Shown here: piece by piece, positions 18,870-26,795 of the stretch | Position numbering within the stretch: position 1 is the first letter of the stretch | Layout of the letters: each line of letters begins with the position of its first letter | DNA from: Candidatus Bathyarchaeum sp. | GTDB taxonomy: Archaea > Thermoproteota > Bathyarchaeia > Bathyarchaeales > Bathyarchaeaceae | NCBI GenBank assembly: GCA_026014495.1 | Contig: JAOZIF010000114.1 | Coordinates: forward strand, 1-31,416 | Direction: 5' to 3' | Length of the DNA stretch: 31,416 nt | The notes under the pieces: generated by a model | The model's input: only the letters and a program-made list of their open reading frames with translations | What the model was told of the DNA's origin: nothing | Database searches by the model: none | Translations under genes and position numbers: made by a program

Positions 18870-20732
18870 TCACATGTGATTTCAACGTGATGTCGTGTGA
18901 TGTGCATGAGTTATCACATATCACAATACTATATAAGTAAACTTAAAGTTTTTCCTAAATTCTGGCTTCGTGACATCACACGTCACAATTGCTTCGCGTT
19001 GAAGCTTCAGTGAAACTGTGCTTCTTAGCAGAGTCGTCTGCTTTTTTCTCTCCCTCTGTTTCGCCTTCTTGTTATTTAAAACTGTTTAAAAGCGTTATTT
19101 TTTGTATTTGAGCGTAAAATGGGCTTTTTTTAAGATGGACTTTTTCGCTCTATTGCTATTTGTACTTGTGTTTTGCTTTGGCCTTTGCTTGGGTGTAACT
19201 CAGTCTTTTTTTGTGATTATTTGGTTGTGATTTGTGATGTCACGCTCTTTTTGATAATTTCCGGGGGTTAGTTAACTCTTCTAGGCTGTTTTTGAGCTCT
19301 TCGTGGAGTTGTGCCACTGTCCTAACATGTTCTTCTTTTGGTCTCTTTTTTGCAAATTCTCGTTGGGTGTTTATGTATGTTTTTAGCTTGTTTGCTGCCT
19401 CTAAATATGGTTCTAAGCTGATTTCTTCGAGAATTCCTAGGTATCCGAGAAGCAGAATTGTGTATATTGATTGGGTGACGTTCTGTCTTGCTTGCCTTAA
19501 ACTCCTGTTAAAAGCGCCTCTAGTTACGGCTAAAATTCGTAATTTGGCTTTTTCGTCGTATTTTAGGCTTTTATCGGATATATTTTCGGCTAAAACGTCT
19601 ATTAGAAGAGTTTCTATCTGTATTTTTGTTAAATTGCTATTTTTTGACATTATTTTTACTAACGGGTCATTTAATGAGTAATTTAACCAATTTTGAGCCT
19701 TTTCCTTCAATTTCAAACTCTTTACACCATTCCCTATTCTAAAGGATACGCTTTTGTATACCGTGCCTTGTGATAAAAAACTTTGCTGCCTATCGCCCAA
19801 AAAATCAATGCCCTTCTTGTCTATATTTCCTAAAAAATAATTAAAATTTTACTAGAACATTATGCAGCATCTATAAATCCAGTACTGAAGAATCATTAAT
19901 GCATAATGAGAAACAACTCTTTTTCTTGAATTTTAGTGGAAAACCTTTTCTGATATAGAATGCGCTGCTCCCTTGTTCTTTGCTTTATGTTTTGCTTGGT
20001 GGACGTTAACTTACTCCCTCCAAACATCGACTGTTTGCTCTAATCTTGTGATTTGTTTGCCTTTTTGTGATTTTGTTCGTGTATGATATGTGATTTTCTA
20101 GTAACATCTAAATCACGTGTGATTATCACAGAATCACGTGTGACGTCACGTATACCGGGTGTTTAAAAACACGCTATTTTTTGACTCCTTTTCTGTTTTA
20201 ACCTCTTTTTTGGCCTTTTTACTTGTGCTTGTTTGTGGCATGCCTATTTTTTTGTGATTCTTTTGATATCACATAAAGCTTCATTATCTGTCTGTGTTGA
20301 TGGCTATTATACAAACGTTTTTAGTGAATATGCTGTGTTGTTTGTCTGAAACTCAAATTCGAACTTTTGTGTGTGCTTGTCTGTTTGATTTTATTCAACT
20401 ATATGTATTTTTTTATTTGTTGTTGAGTCTGTTTGATGTGTTGATGAATAATTGGTTGGAGCAACCTGTGTGGTGGGTGTGTGTGAATTATGCATCTACT
20501 ACATAAATTTTTACTTAAAACTTATTATTTATGATTGATATGTTGATAAACTTTTGTTTATTTTATATGTTGGTGATGTTTCTGTTGTTTAAAACACTCC
20601 TCCTTTTTCATGTCTTTTTCTTTTTGATTTAGTGTTTTCACTTCTGGCTTTTAGGACAAATATTTAAGCCAATGTTGAATTATAATTTGAAACAAGTATA
20701 TCACACACGGAATTAAACAGATTCATGTCACA
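18870..20732. repeat. Clusters of 7-bp NRTCACR units (direct and inverted)
   Basis: Examples: TATCACA-TATCACA 18912-18925, CATCACA-CGTCACA 18974-18987, TGTGATT-TGTGATG 19226-19239, AATCACGTGTGA twice (20111, 20132), palindromes TCACATGTGA 18870 and GTGACGTCAC 20140. Confidence 0.75.
19240..19716 (-). CDS. Uncharacterised helical protein, possible HTH-like DNA binder (about 158 aa)
   Basis: Open frame with SNLTKIQIETL...DEKAKLR...VTRGAFNRSLRQARQNV; probable TTG start at 19716 after GGTG (the ORF track starts at 19800). Confidence 0.7.
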   Translation of the reverse strand: MKLKEKAQNWLNYSLNDPLVKIMSKNSNLTKIQIETLLIDVLAENISDKSLKYDEKAKLRILAVTRGAFNRSLRQARQNVTQSIYTILLLGYLGILEEISLEPYLEAANKLKTYINTQREFAKKRPKEEHVRTVAQLHEELKNSLEELTNPRKLSKRA

Positions 20733-20743
20733 GGGGCTTTGAA

Positions 20744-20983
20744 ATGGGCAGAAGGAGAAGAAAAGTTGTTCATGTACCGAAAAAGAAGTTGCCTACTGTT
20801 TTCCTTTGTCCTCGCTGCGGTAAACAAGCAATTAATGTTGAGATTTTTCAGGGCGGTGAACGTGCTAAGGTACGGTGTGGTAGTTGTGAGTTGACAGAAG
20901 AACTAGATACTAGACCTGCTTTTAGGGAGATTGATATATACTGCCAGTTCACAGACCTTTTTTATTCAAGGTTGGCTGTTTAA
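20744..20983 (+). CDS. elf1: Transcription elongation factor Elf1
   Basis: MGRRRRK basic tail, FLCPRCG and CGSC zinc ribbon, IDIYCQFTD. Confidence 0.93.
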   Translation: MGRRRRKVVHVPKKKLPTVFLCPRCGKQAINVEIFQGGERAKVRCGSCELTEELDTRPAFREIDIYCQFTDLFYSRLAV

Positions 20984-20996
20984 TTAGGGATCGATT

Positions 20997-21743
20997 ATGG
21001 TTGGTCGAGTAGAAAAGTATCTCTTAGAGAAGATCGAGAACGACGGAACAATTCACATGACTCTTATTGATCCAGAAAAGGTTACGACATCCTCTGCCTC
21101 TCGTATAGCTAATGATGCTGAGTCTTGTGGTACATCTGCTATAATGGTGGGTGGTTCAACCTCTGTTTCCGCTTCTCATCTTGATAAAGTCGCAAAAGCT
21201 TTGAAAAGCTCTGTAGAAATACCTGTGATTCTTTTTCCTAACAACATTACTGGAATAACCCGGCATGCTGATGCTATCTGGTTTATGTCTCTTCTTAATT
21301 CTGCAGACCCCTACTTTCTTATGGGCGCTCAAGTCTTAGGCGCTCCAATAATCAAAAAATTTGGTCTAGAATCTATTCCTCTTGGATACATTATTGTGGG
21401 CGAAGGGGGTGCAGTTAGCGTCGTAGGGAAAGCCGTTCCTATACCTTATAGTAAACCTGAACTTGCAGCTGCCCATGCTCTAGCAGCCGAATATTTTGGT
21501 ATGCGCTTTGTTTACTTGGAAGCAGGTTCTGGTGTCGGAAACCCTGTTCCAGCTGATATGGTACGAACTGTCAAGGCTATAACTGGTCTTCCGTTGATTG
21601 TAGGCGGCGGTATACGAACTGGTGAACAGGTGAAGGAGATAGTGAAAGCTGGAGCTAGTATAGTTGTAACTGGCAATGTTTTGGAGGAAAACAAAGGGAA
21701 GAACAAGATAAGAGAACTGGTCGATAACATGAACTCCCAGTAG
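20997..21743 (+). CDS. Geranylgeranylglyceryl phosphate synthase (PcrB/GGGPS family)
   Basis: TLIDPEK, IMVGGS, ILFP, VYLEAGSG, LIVGGGIR and VVTGN motifs. Confidence 0.93.
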   Translation: MVGRVEKYLLEKIENDGTIHMTLIDPEKVTTSSASRIANDAESCGTSAIMVGGSTSVSASHLDKVAKALKSSVEIPVILFPNNITGITRHADAIWFMSLLNSADPYFLMGAQVLGAPIIKKFGLESIPLGYIIVGEGGAVSVVGKAVPIPYSKPELAAAHALAAEYFGMRFVYLEAGSGVGNPVPADMVRTVKAITGLPLIVGGGIRTGEQVKEIVKAGASIVVTGNVLEENKGKNKIRELVDNMNSQ

Positions 21744-21870
21744 CATCTGCCTAAACTGGTGCTTGACTGTTTTTGACTTCACTGGTTCTGTTTTATCTTT
21801 TTTATGTTAGAAAGACTCAATACAGCGCGTATTGAAATCTATTTTAAGGAGAACCATTTTGACGATTCCG

Positions 21871-24800
21871 ATGAGCAAAGAGTACAAGCGTTACGCTGAT
21901 TCTTTGGAGAAAAGCCTTGCAGATATTTACTCTGTAGCAGAAGAAGCGCGCAAAAAAGGGTTAGATCCTGCTCTTGTTGCTGAACCTGAGGTTGCAAAAG
22001 ACTTGGCTGCGCTTGTAGAAGGGCTTGTTGGTCCATCTGGGGTCGCCGAGAGCATACGTGCTTTAGCTGAGACAATGTCTCGAGAAGAACTTACCTTCAA
22101 AATTACTGAGCAGATAATAAATGGAAAATTTGGTTCTATGGCTGCTCGTGAAGCTGCTGAACAAGCAATGAGAACTGCTCTTGCCATCTTAACTGAAGGT
22201 ATAACAGCGGCTCCAATACAAGGCATCGCTAAAGTCGAAATAAAGACTAATCCTGATAGGACAGAATACTTGGCAATATATTATGCAGGTCCAATCCGTT
22301 CCGCTGGGGGCACAGAACAGGCTCTAACAATAATTGTGGGTGATTATATTCGTCGCCTGCTAAAATTGGATCGCTACAAAGCAACAGAAGATGAGATTGC
22401 CCGTTTCATAGAAGAAGTGCGGTTGTTCGAACGTTCAATTGCCCGCTTTCAGTATCACATCTCCGATGAAGAGCTACGAAGAGCCATCCAAAACATACCC
22501 GTAGAGGTAACTGGCACCGAATCAGACCCAGTTGAAGTTTCGTCCTTTAGAAACCTTCCTCGGATCGAAACAAACAATGTTCGGGGCGGAGCTCTTCGAG
22601 TCGTAAACGACGGAATAGTGGGACGCGCATCAAAAGTGCTAACAACCATCGAAAAACTCCAGTTGGATGGCTGGGAATGGCTTGGAAACTTAAAAGAATT
22701 TTCAAAGAAAAAGAAATCTGGCTTCATGGAGGACGTTATAGCTGGGCGCCCAATTTTCTCGTTCCCCTCAAGATTTGGCGGCTTTAGGCTTCGATACGGA
22801 CGGTCTCGTAACACAGGACTTGCAGCGGTTGGCATCCACCCAGCCACAATGCTAGTTGTACAGAATTTTCTTGCTGCTGGAACACAGCTTCGTTTAGAGG
22901 GGCCTGGAAAAGGAGGAATTGTAGTTCCAGTCGATAGTATTGAGTCTCCTGTTGTGCGCTTAAAAGACGGGTCTGTTGTGCGAGTTACTTTGCAGAACTT
23001 TAAACGAATTGAAAAATTAGTTGCCAAAATTCTTTTTCTTGGAGATATCCTGATTGGGTTTGGCGACTTTCTTTACACCAACAAGCCTCTTCGTCCCTCT
23101 GGGTATAACGAGGAATGGTGGCAAGAAGAGCTTGTGGTAGCACTTGACAAAAAGTTTGGTTCTGACTTAAGCAAAGCCGCCAAAGCTACTGGATTATCTG
23201 CTGGGTGCCTTGACGCAATTATTACTAATCCTTTCAAGAACAAGCCAAACGCAAAGGAAGCTATTGTTATTTCTTCTGTTTTTGGGGTTCCTCTTCATCC
23301 TTTTTTCACCTTTTTCTGGGATCATGTTTCTCTTCAGGAATTTGAGATTTTAAGGAACTGGCTGTTAGCTTCTAAAACTAACGTCGAAGATTCTGTGGTT
23401 AAAGAGATTGTTGGGTTAAAAGATAAAGCGGCAAAGGGTGTTCTTGAGAAACTTTGTGTTCCTCATACGGTCGTCGGAAACAATGTTCTAATAAACGGTG
23501 ATGAAGCGCATGTTTTTGCTTTTTGTCTTGGGTTGAACGTTTCTGATGCTGTGGTAGACTCTTCGGTGAGCGTTTTTGAGAATATACAAAAGTTCACTGG
23601 AGTTTTGGTTAGAGCGAAGGCTCCCAGTTTTGTTGGTGCCAGAATGGGTCGCCCAGAAAAAGCTAAACATAGAGAGATGAAGCCTCTTGTTCACGCTCTG
23701 TTTCCTGTTGGGCTTGCTGGCGGTTCGCGTCGCAACCTTTCTGAGGCTTGCACTAAAGCCTCGATTGAAGTTGATCTTGTGAGGCGTCACTGCCTAAAAT
23801 GTGGTGGCTTTACTTTTCTGATTCGTTGTCCTACTTGTGGTTCAGATACTGTTTTAGAAAAGTTTTGTCCTCAATGCGGAAGGAGTTTCAAAGATGATGC
23901 TTGTCCTGTCTGTAAATCTTCAACCAGAAGTTACGCTAGACAACAAATTGATATACGTTCTTTGATGTCTTCGGCTTGTAGAGGTCTTGGGCTTCATGCT
24001 CCCAGTCTTGTGAAGGGCGTGAAAGGCATGACTAACGAAACAAAGACGCCAGAGATTTTAGAAAAGGGGATTTTACGCGCTAAACATGGTTTGTCTGTTT
24101 TTAAGGATGGGACAATTCGTTTCGATGTGACAAATGCACCTCTTAGCCATTTTACTTCTAAAGAGATTGGGGTTTCTGTTGAGCAGCTTAGATTGAATGG
24201 ATATCTGAATGATCATGAAGGAAAGCCTTTAACAGACCCTGAACAGATTTGTGAGCTTAAGGTGCAGGATGTAGTTATTCCTAAAAACTGCGCAGAATAT
24301 TTTGTTCGTGTTGCCAGCTTTTTAGATGAACTGCTTGAAAAAGTGTATGGGATTCCTGCATACTACAAAATCAAGCAGGCTTCAGATTTGATTGGGCAAA
24401 TAATTATTGGTTTGGCGCCGCACACATCGGTTGGTATTGTTGGGAGAATAATTGGTTTTACGCCCCTAAAGGTCTGTTATGCTCATCATATGTGGCATTC
24501 AGCAAAACGTAGAGACTGTGACGGCGATGAGGACACATTGATTTTGGCTTTAGATGCGATTTTGAACTTTTCTAAAGTCTTTTTGCCTTCACAGATAGGA
24601 GGGATAATGGATGCGCCTATCCTGATTATTCCTGTTGTTAATCCTGTGGAGGTGCAGCGGCAAGCCCACGAAGTGGATGTTGCAGGAAACTATCCTTTAC
24701 TCTTTTACGAAAAAACACTGCAGAATGCAGACCCCCGACAAACAAGCACAATAATCGACACAATCGAAGACAGATTAAACACTGCAGCTCAGTTTGAGGG

Positions 24801-25269
24801 CTTCAAGTATACTATTCCTGTTTCGAATGTTAACATGGGCAACCAAGAGAGCATATACAAAAAATTTGGAAAGATGACCGACAAACTACATAGCCAACTT
24901 GTTTTGGCAGAAAAGATTGAAGCTGTTGATGCTGATGTGGTTGCTCAAAAGGTTCTGACAACTCATTTTGTGCGTGACATAGCTGGTAACCTGAGAGCTT
25001 TTACTAATCAAAAGTTTCGTTGCAAAGGTTGTAACAGAAAGTTCAGAAGAATGCCTCTAATTGGCAAGTGTCCGTCTTGCAACAGTGATTTGATTCTTAC
25101 CGTTTATCGTGGGGGGATTGAAAAGTATTTGCCTGCAGCCACTCAACTCGTTAAAAAGTATGGGCTTTTAGAGTATTATGCTCAACGGCTGGCTATGGTG
25201 GAAGAGGAAATCTTGACTTTATTCGAGGGCAAAAAACCTAGGCAAATTAGCCTTACATCGTTTTCGTGA
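21871..25269 (+). CDS. polC: DNA polymerase D large subunit DP2, no intein seen
   Basis: YYAGPIRSAGGT, IAGRP, RLRYGRSR, GARMGRPEKA, KRRDCDGDED catalytic motif, zinc fingers and C-terminal PIP box QISLTSF; likely ATG at 21871 (the ORF track starts at 21832). Confidence 0.98.
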   Translation: MSKEYKRYADSLEKSLADIYSVAEEARKKGLDPALVAEPEVAKDLAALVEGLVGPSGVAESIRALAETMSREELTFKITEQIINGKFGSMAAREAAEQAMRTALAILTEGITAAPIQGIAKVEIKTNPDRTEYLAIYYAGPIRSAGGTEQALTIIVGDYIRRLLKLDRYKATEDEIARFIEEVRLFERSIARFQYHISDEELRRAIQNIPVEVTGTESDPVEVSSFRNLPRIETNNVRGGALRVVNDGIVGRASKVLTTIEKLQLDGWEWLGNLKEFSKKKKSGFMEDVIAGRPIFSFPSRFGGFRLRYGRSRNTGLAAVGIHPATMLVVQNFLAAGTQLRLEGPGKGGIVVPVDSIESPVVRLKDGSVVRVTLQNFKRIEKLVAKILFLGDILIGFGDFLYTNKPLRPSGYNEEWWQEELVVALDKKFGSDLSKAAKATGLSAGCLDAIITNPFKNKPNAKEAIVISSVFGVPLHPFFTFFWDHVSLQEFEILRNWLLASKTNVEDSVVKEIVGLKDKAAKGVLEKLCVPHTVVGNNVLINGDEAHVFAFCLGLNVSDAVVDSSVSVFENIQKFTGVLVRAKAPSFVGARMGRPEKAKHREMKPLVHALFPVGLAGGSRRNLSEACTKASIEVDLVRRHCLKCGGFTFLIRCPTCGSDTVLEKFCPQCGRSFKDDACPVCKSSTRSYARQQIDIRSLMSSACRGLGLHAPSLVKGVKGMTNETKTPEILEKGILRAKHGLSVFKDGTIRFDVTNAPLSHFTSKEIGVSVEQLRLNGYLNDHEGKPLTDPEQICELKVQDVVIPKNCAEYFVRVASFLDELLEKVYGIPAYYKIKQASDLIGQIIIGLAPHTSVGIVGRIIGFTPLKVCYAHHMWHSAKRRDCDGDEDTLILALDAILNFSKVFLPSQIGGIMDAPILIIPVVNPVEVQRQAHEVDVAGNYPLLFYEKTLQNADPRQTSTIIDTIEDRLNTAAQFEGFKYTIPVSNVNMGNQESIYKKFGKMTDKLHSQLVLAEKIEAVDADVVAQKVLTTHFVRDIAGNLRAFTNQKFRCKGCNRKFRRMPLIGKCPSCNSDLILTVYRGGIEKYLPAATQLVKKYGLLEYYAQRLAMVEEEILTLFEGKKPRQISLTSFS

Positions 25270-25316
25270 GTGTTCAGGCAAATCTTTTTTGGCTTAAACT
25301 CCATGTTTTGAGACAT

Positions 25317-25583
25317 ATGTTCAGGATTCCTTATCACCCTAATGCTTTCCTGTCTCTAAAACGGAACATTCAACCCGGATTGTCAGCTAGGACAAAAATA
25401 ATATTAGCTCTTGAAAAGAGAGCAACCACTGCCACAAAGCTTTCCCGAAAAATAGGTCTTCGTTATGCAACTGTTCTTTATCATCTTCACCTTCTTGAGG
25501 CAGAACAAATTCTAAGCCATAAAGGAAGGCGATTTTATATTTGGACCTTAACTGATATGGGACAACAAAAACTGGTAACTTAG
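25317..25583 (+). CDS. Small ArsR-like winged-helix protein
   Basis: RTKIILALEKRATTATKLSRKIGLRYATVLYHLHLLEAEQIL; the start at ATG 25317 is uncertain (the ORF track starts at 25266). Confidence 0.72.
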   Translation: MFRIPYHPNAFLSLKRNIQPGLSARTKIILALEKRATTATKLSRKIGLRYATVLYHLHLLEAEQILSHKGRRFYIWTLTDMGQQKLVT

Positions 25584-25591
25584 CCGTGACG

Positions 25592-25879
25592 CTAAAACTT
25601 GCAGTTACAGGGTGACAGTCCACATTTTGGGCATTTATTGTTATATTTTGTGAGTGCTGCACTCTCCAAGTCTATGTCAACAATATTGGCCAGAGAAGCT
25701 AACCATGCCAAGACATCAGCAAATTCTTTTGCAGCACTATTCCTGTCGCCTTCTTCAAGGGCTTCTTTTAGCTCTTCAACTTCATCTGCAAGCCAATCTG
25801 TTGTTCCTTTTGTTCCTCGTTTTGTGTCTCTTTCAAAATATAGTTGTCGCATCATCTTCTGAAACTCGTGGATGTGCAT
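25592..25879 (-). CDS. mazG: MazG-like nucleotide pyrophosphohydrolase with C-terminal Cys cluster
   Basis: WLADEVEEL...EFADVLAWLASLAN; CPKCGLSPCNC tail. Confidence 0.88.
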   Translation of the reverse strand: MHIHEFQKMMRQLYFERDTKRGTKGTTDWLADEVEELKEALEEGDRNSAAKEFADVLAWLASLANIVDIDLESAALTKYNNKCPKCGLSPCNCKF

Positions 25880-25973
25880 TCTGTTTTCCCTCGTAGCTTT
25901 TAGTTGGTTTTTGTCAGCTTCTTGGTCTAATAAACCCTTTCTAGACTTGAATTGACTGTTTAGTTTTTTTGTG

Positions 25974-26795
25974 TTACTTTCTTTGTTTGTATCCTTCTAT
26001 GCAGCCTTGCTTTATTTGCTCCACTAACTTGGTAATCTCTGGTAGCGTTGTTTCAGGGTTTTTGAGGTTCTTTTCGTAGATTCTTGCGTATGCGCTTCCT
26101 GCTATTGCGCCGTTTGCTCCTGCTAAAACTACTGCTGCGGCTTGTTTTTTGGTTGATATGCCAAATCCAGCCATCAGTGGCATGTCTGTGTGTTTTCGGA
26201 CTCTTTGTACAAGTTTTAGTGTTGAGTCGCCTAGGCTTTCTCTTACTCCTGTGACGCCTTCGACTCCTATGACGTAAAGAAAGCCTGATGCGATGTCTGT
26301 GATTTTTTTCAGTCTCTCTTCTGTTGTTGTTGGTGCTATCTGAAATATGGGATGTATTCCGCTTTTTTTGCCTTCAGCCAACAAAACATCGGCTTCCTCA
26401 ACTGGAACGTTAGGCACGATTATCGCTTGGGCGCCTGCCTGCTTTATTTTGTCAAGGAACTTTCTTACACCCATAACGTAAGGGATATTATAGTAAGTGG
26501 TAACCACAATCGGATTGTCTATGCCCTTGGTTCTTAGCTTTTTTATGCCCTCGATACACCTGCTTGGGGTCATGCCATTCTCTAGTGCTCTTTCACATAC
26601 TGCCTGAAAGGTCGGTCCGTCAGCTGTCGGATCAGAGAAAGGAATCCCAAACTCGATTATATCTGCCCCGTTTTCCACAAGAGTTTCTAGTAGCTTGAGG
26701 GAAAACTCTTCGTGGGGGTCGCCATAGTAAACATGGGGCATGTGAGCACCCTCCCCTTTGTTTTGGAGTTCTCGGAATTTGTTTTCAAGATTCAT
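25974..26795 (-). CDS. trpA: Tryptophan synthase alpha chain
   Basis: IEFGIPFSDPTADGP, GVTG and GFGIS motifs. Confidence 0.96.
   Translation of the reverse strand: MNLENKFRELQNKGEGAHMPHVYYGDPHEEFSLKLLETLVENGADIIEFGIPFSDPTADGPTFQAVCERALENGMTPSRCIEGIKKLRTKGIDNPIVVTTYYNIPYVMGVRKFLDKIKQAGAQAIIVPNVPVEEADVLLAEGKKSGIHPIFQIAPTTTEERLKKITDIASGFLYVIGVEGVTGVRESLGDSTLKLVQRVRKHTDMPLMAGFGISTKKQAAAVVLAGANGAIAGSAYARIYEKNLKNPETTLPEITKLVEQIKQGCIEGYKQRK

Noticed and set aside
19135-19230. 31-aa hydrophobic micro-ORF MDFFALLLFVLVFCFGLCLGVTQSFFVIIWL on the plus strand
   Set aside because: It could be a membrane peptide, but T-rich sequence explains it and its end runs into the heptad array. There is no support without conservation or Ribo-seq.
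19930-19946. TTTTAGTGGAAAAC, resembling an ORB
   Set aside because: The left TTCC arm is broken, there is no G-string, and it is isolated; not enough for a second origin.
18870-20273. CRISPR array, CRP boxes or transposon ends as explanations of the TGTGA repeats
   Set aside because: There are no 25-40-nt repeats with spacers, the spacing does not fit TGTGA-N6-TCACA, and no transposase or integrase is present.
20294-20506. 70-aa hydrophobic, Cys-rich ORF in the long spacer
   Set aside because: Its composition is what T/G-rich DNA yields by chance; there is no SD and no recognisable motif.
21871-25269. Intein in PolD DP2
   Set aside because: The length (about 1130 aa) is intein-free, the sequence around CYAHHMWH...DCDGDED is continuous, and no LAGLIDADG or HN-C junction is seen.
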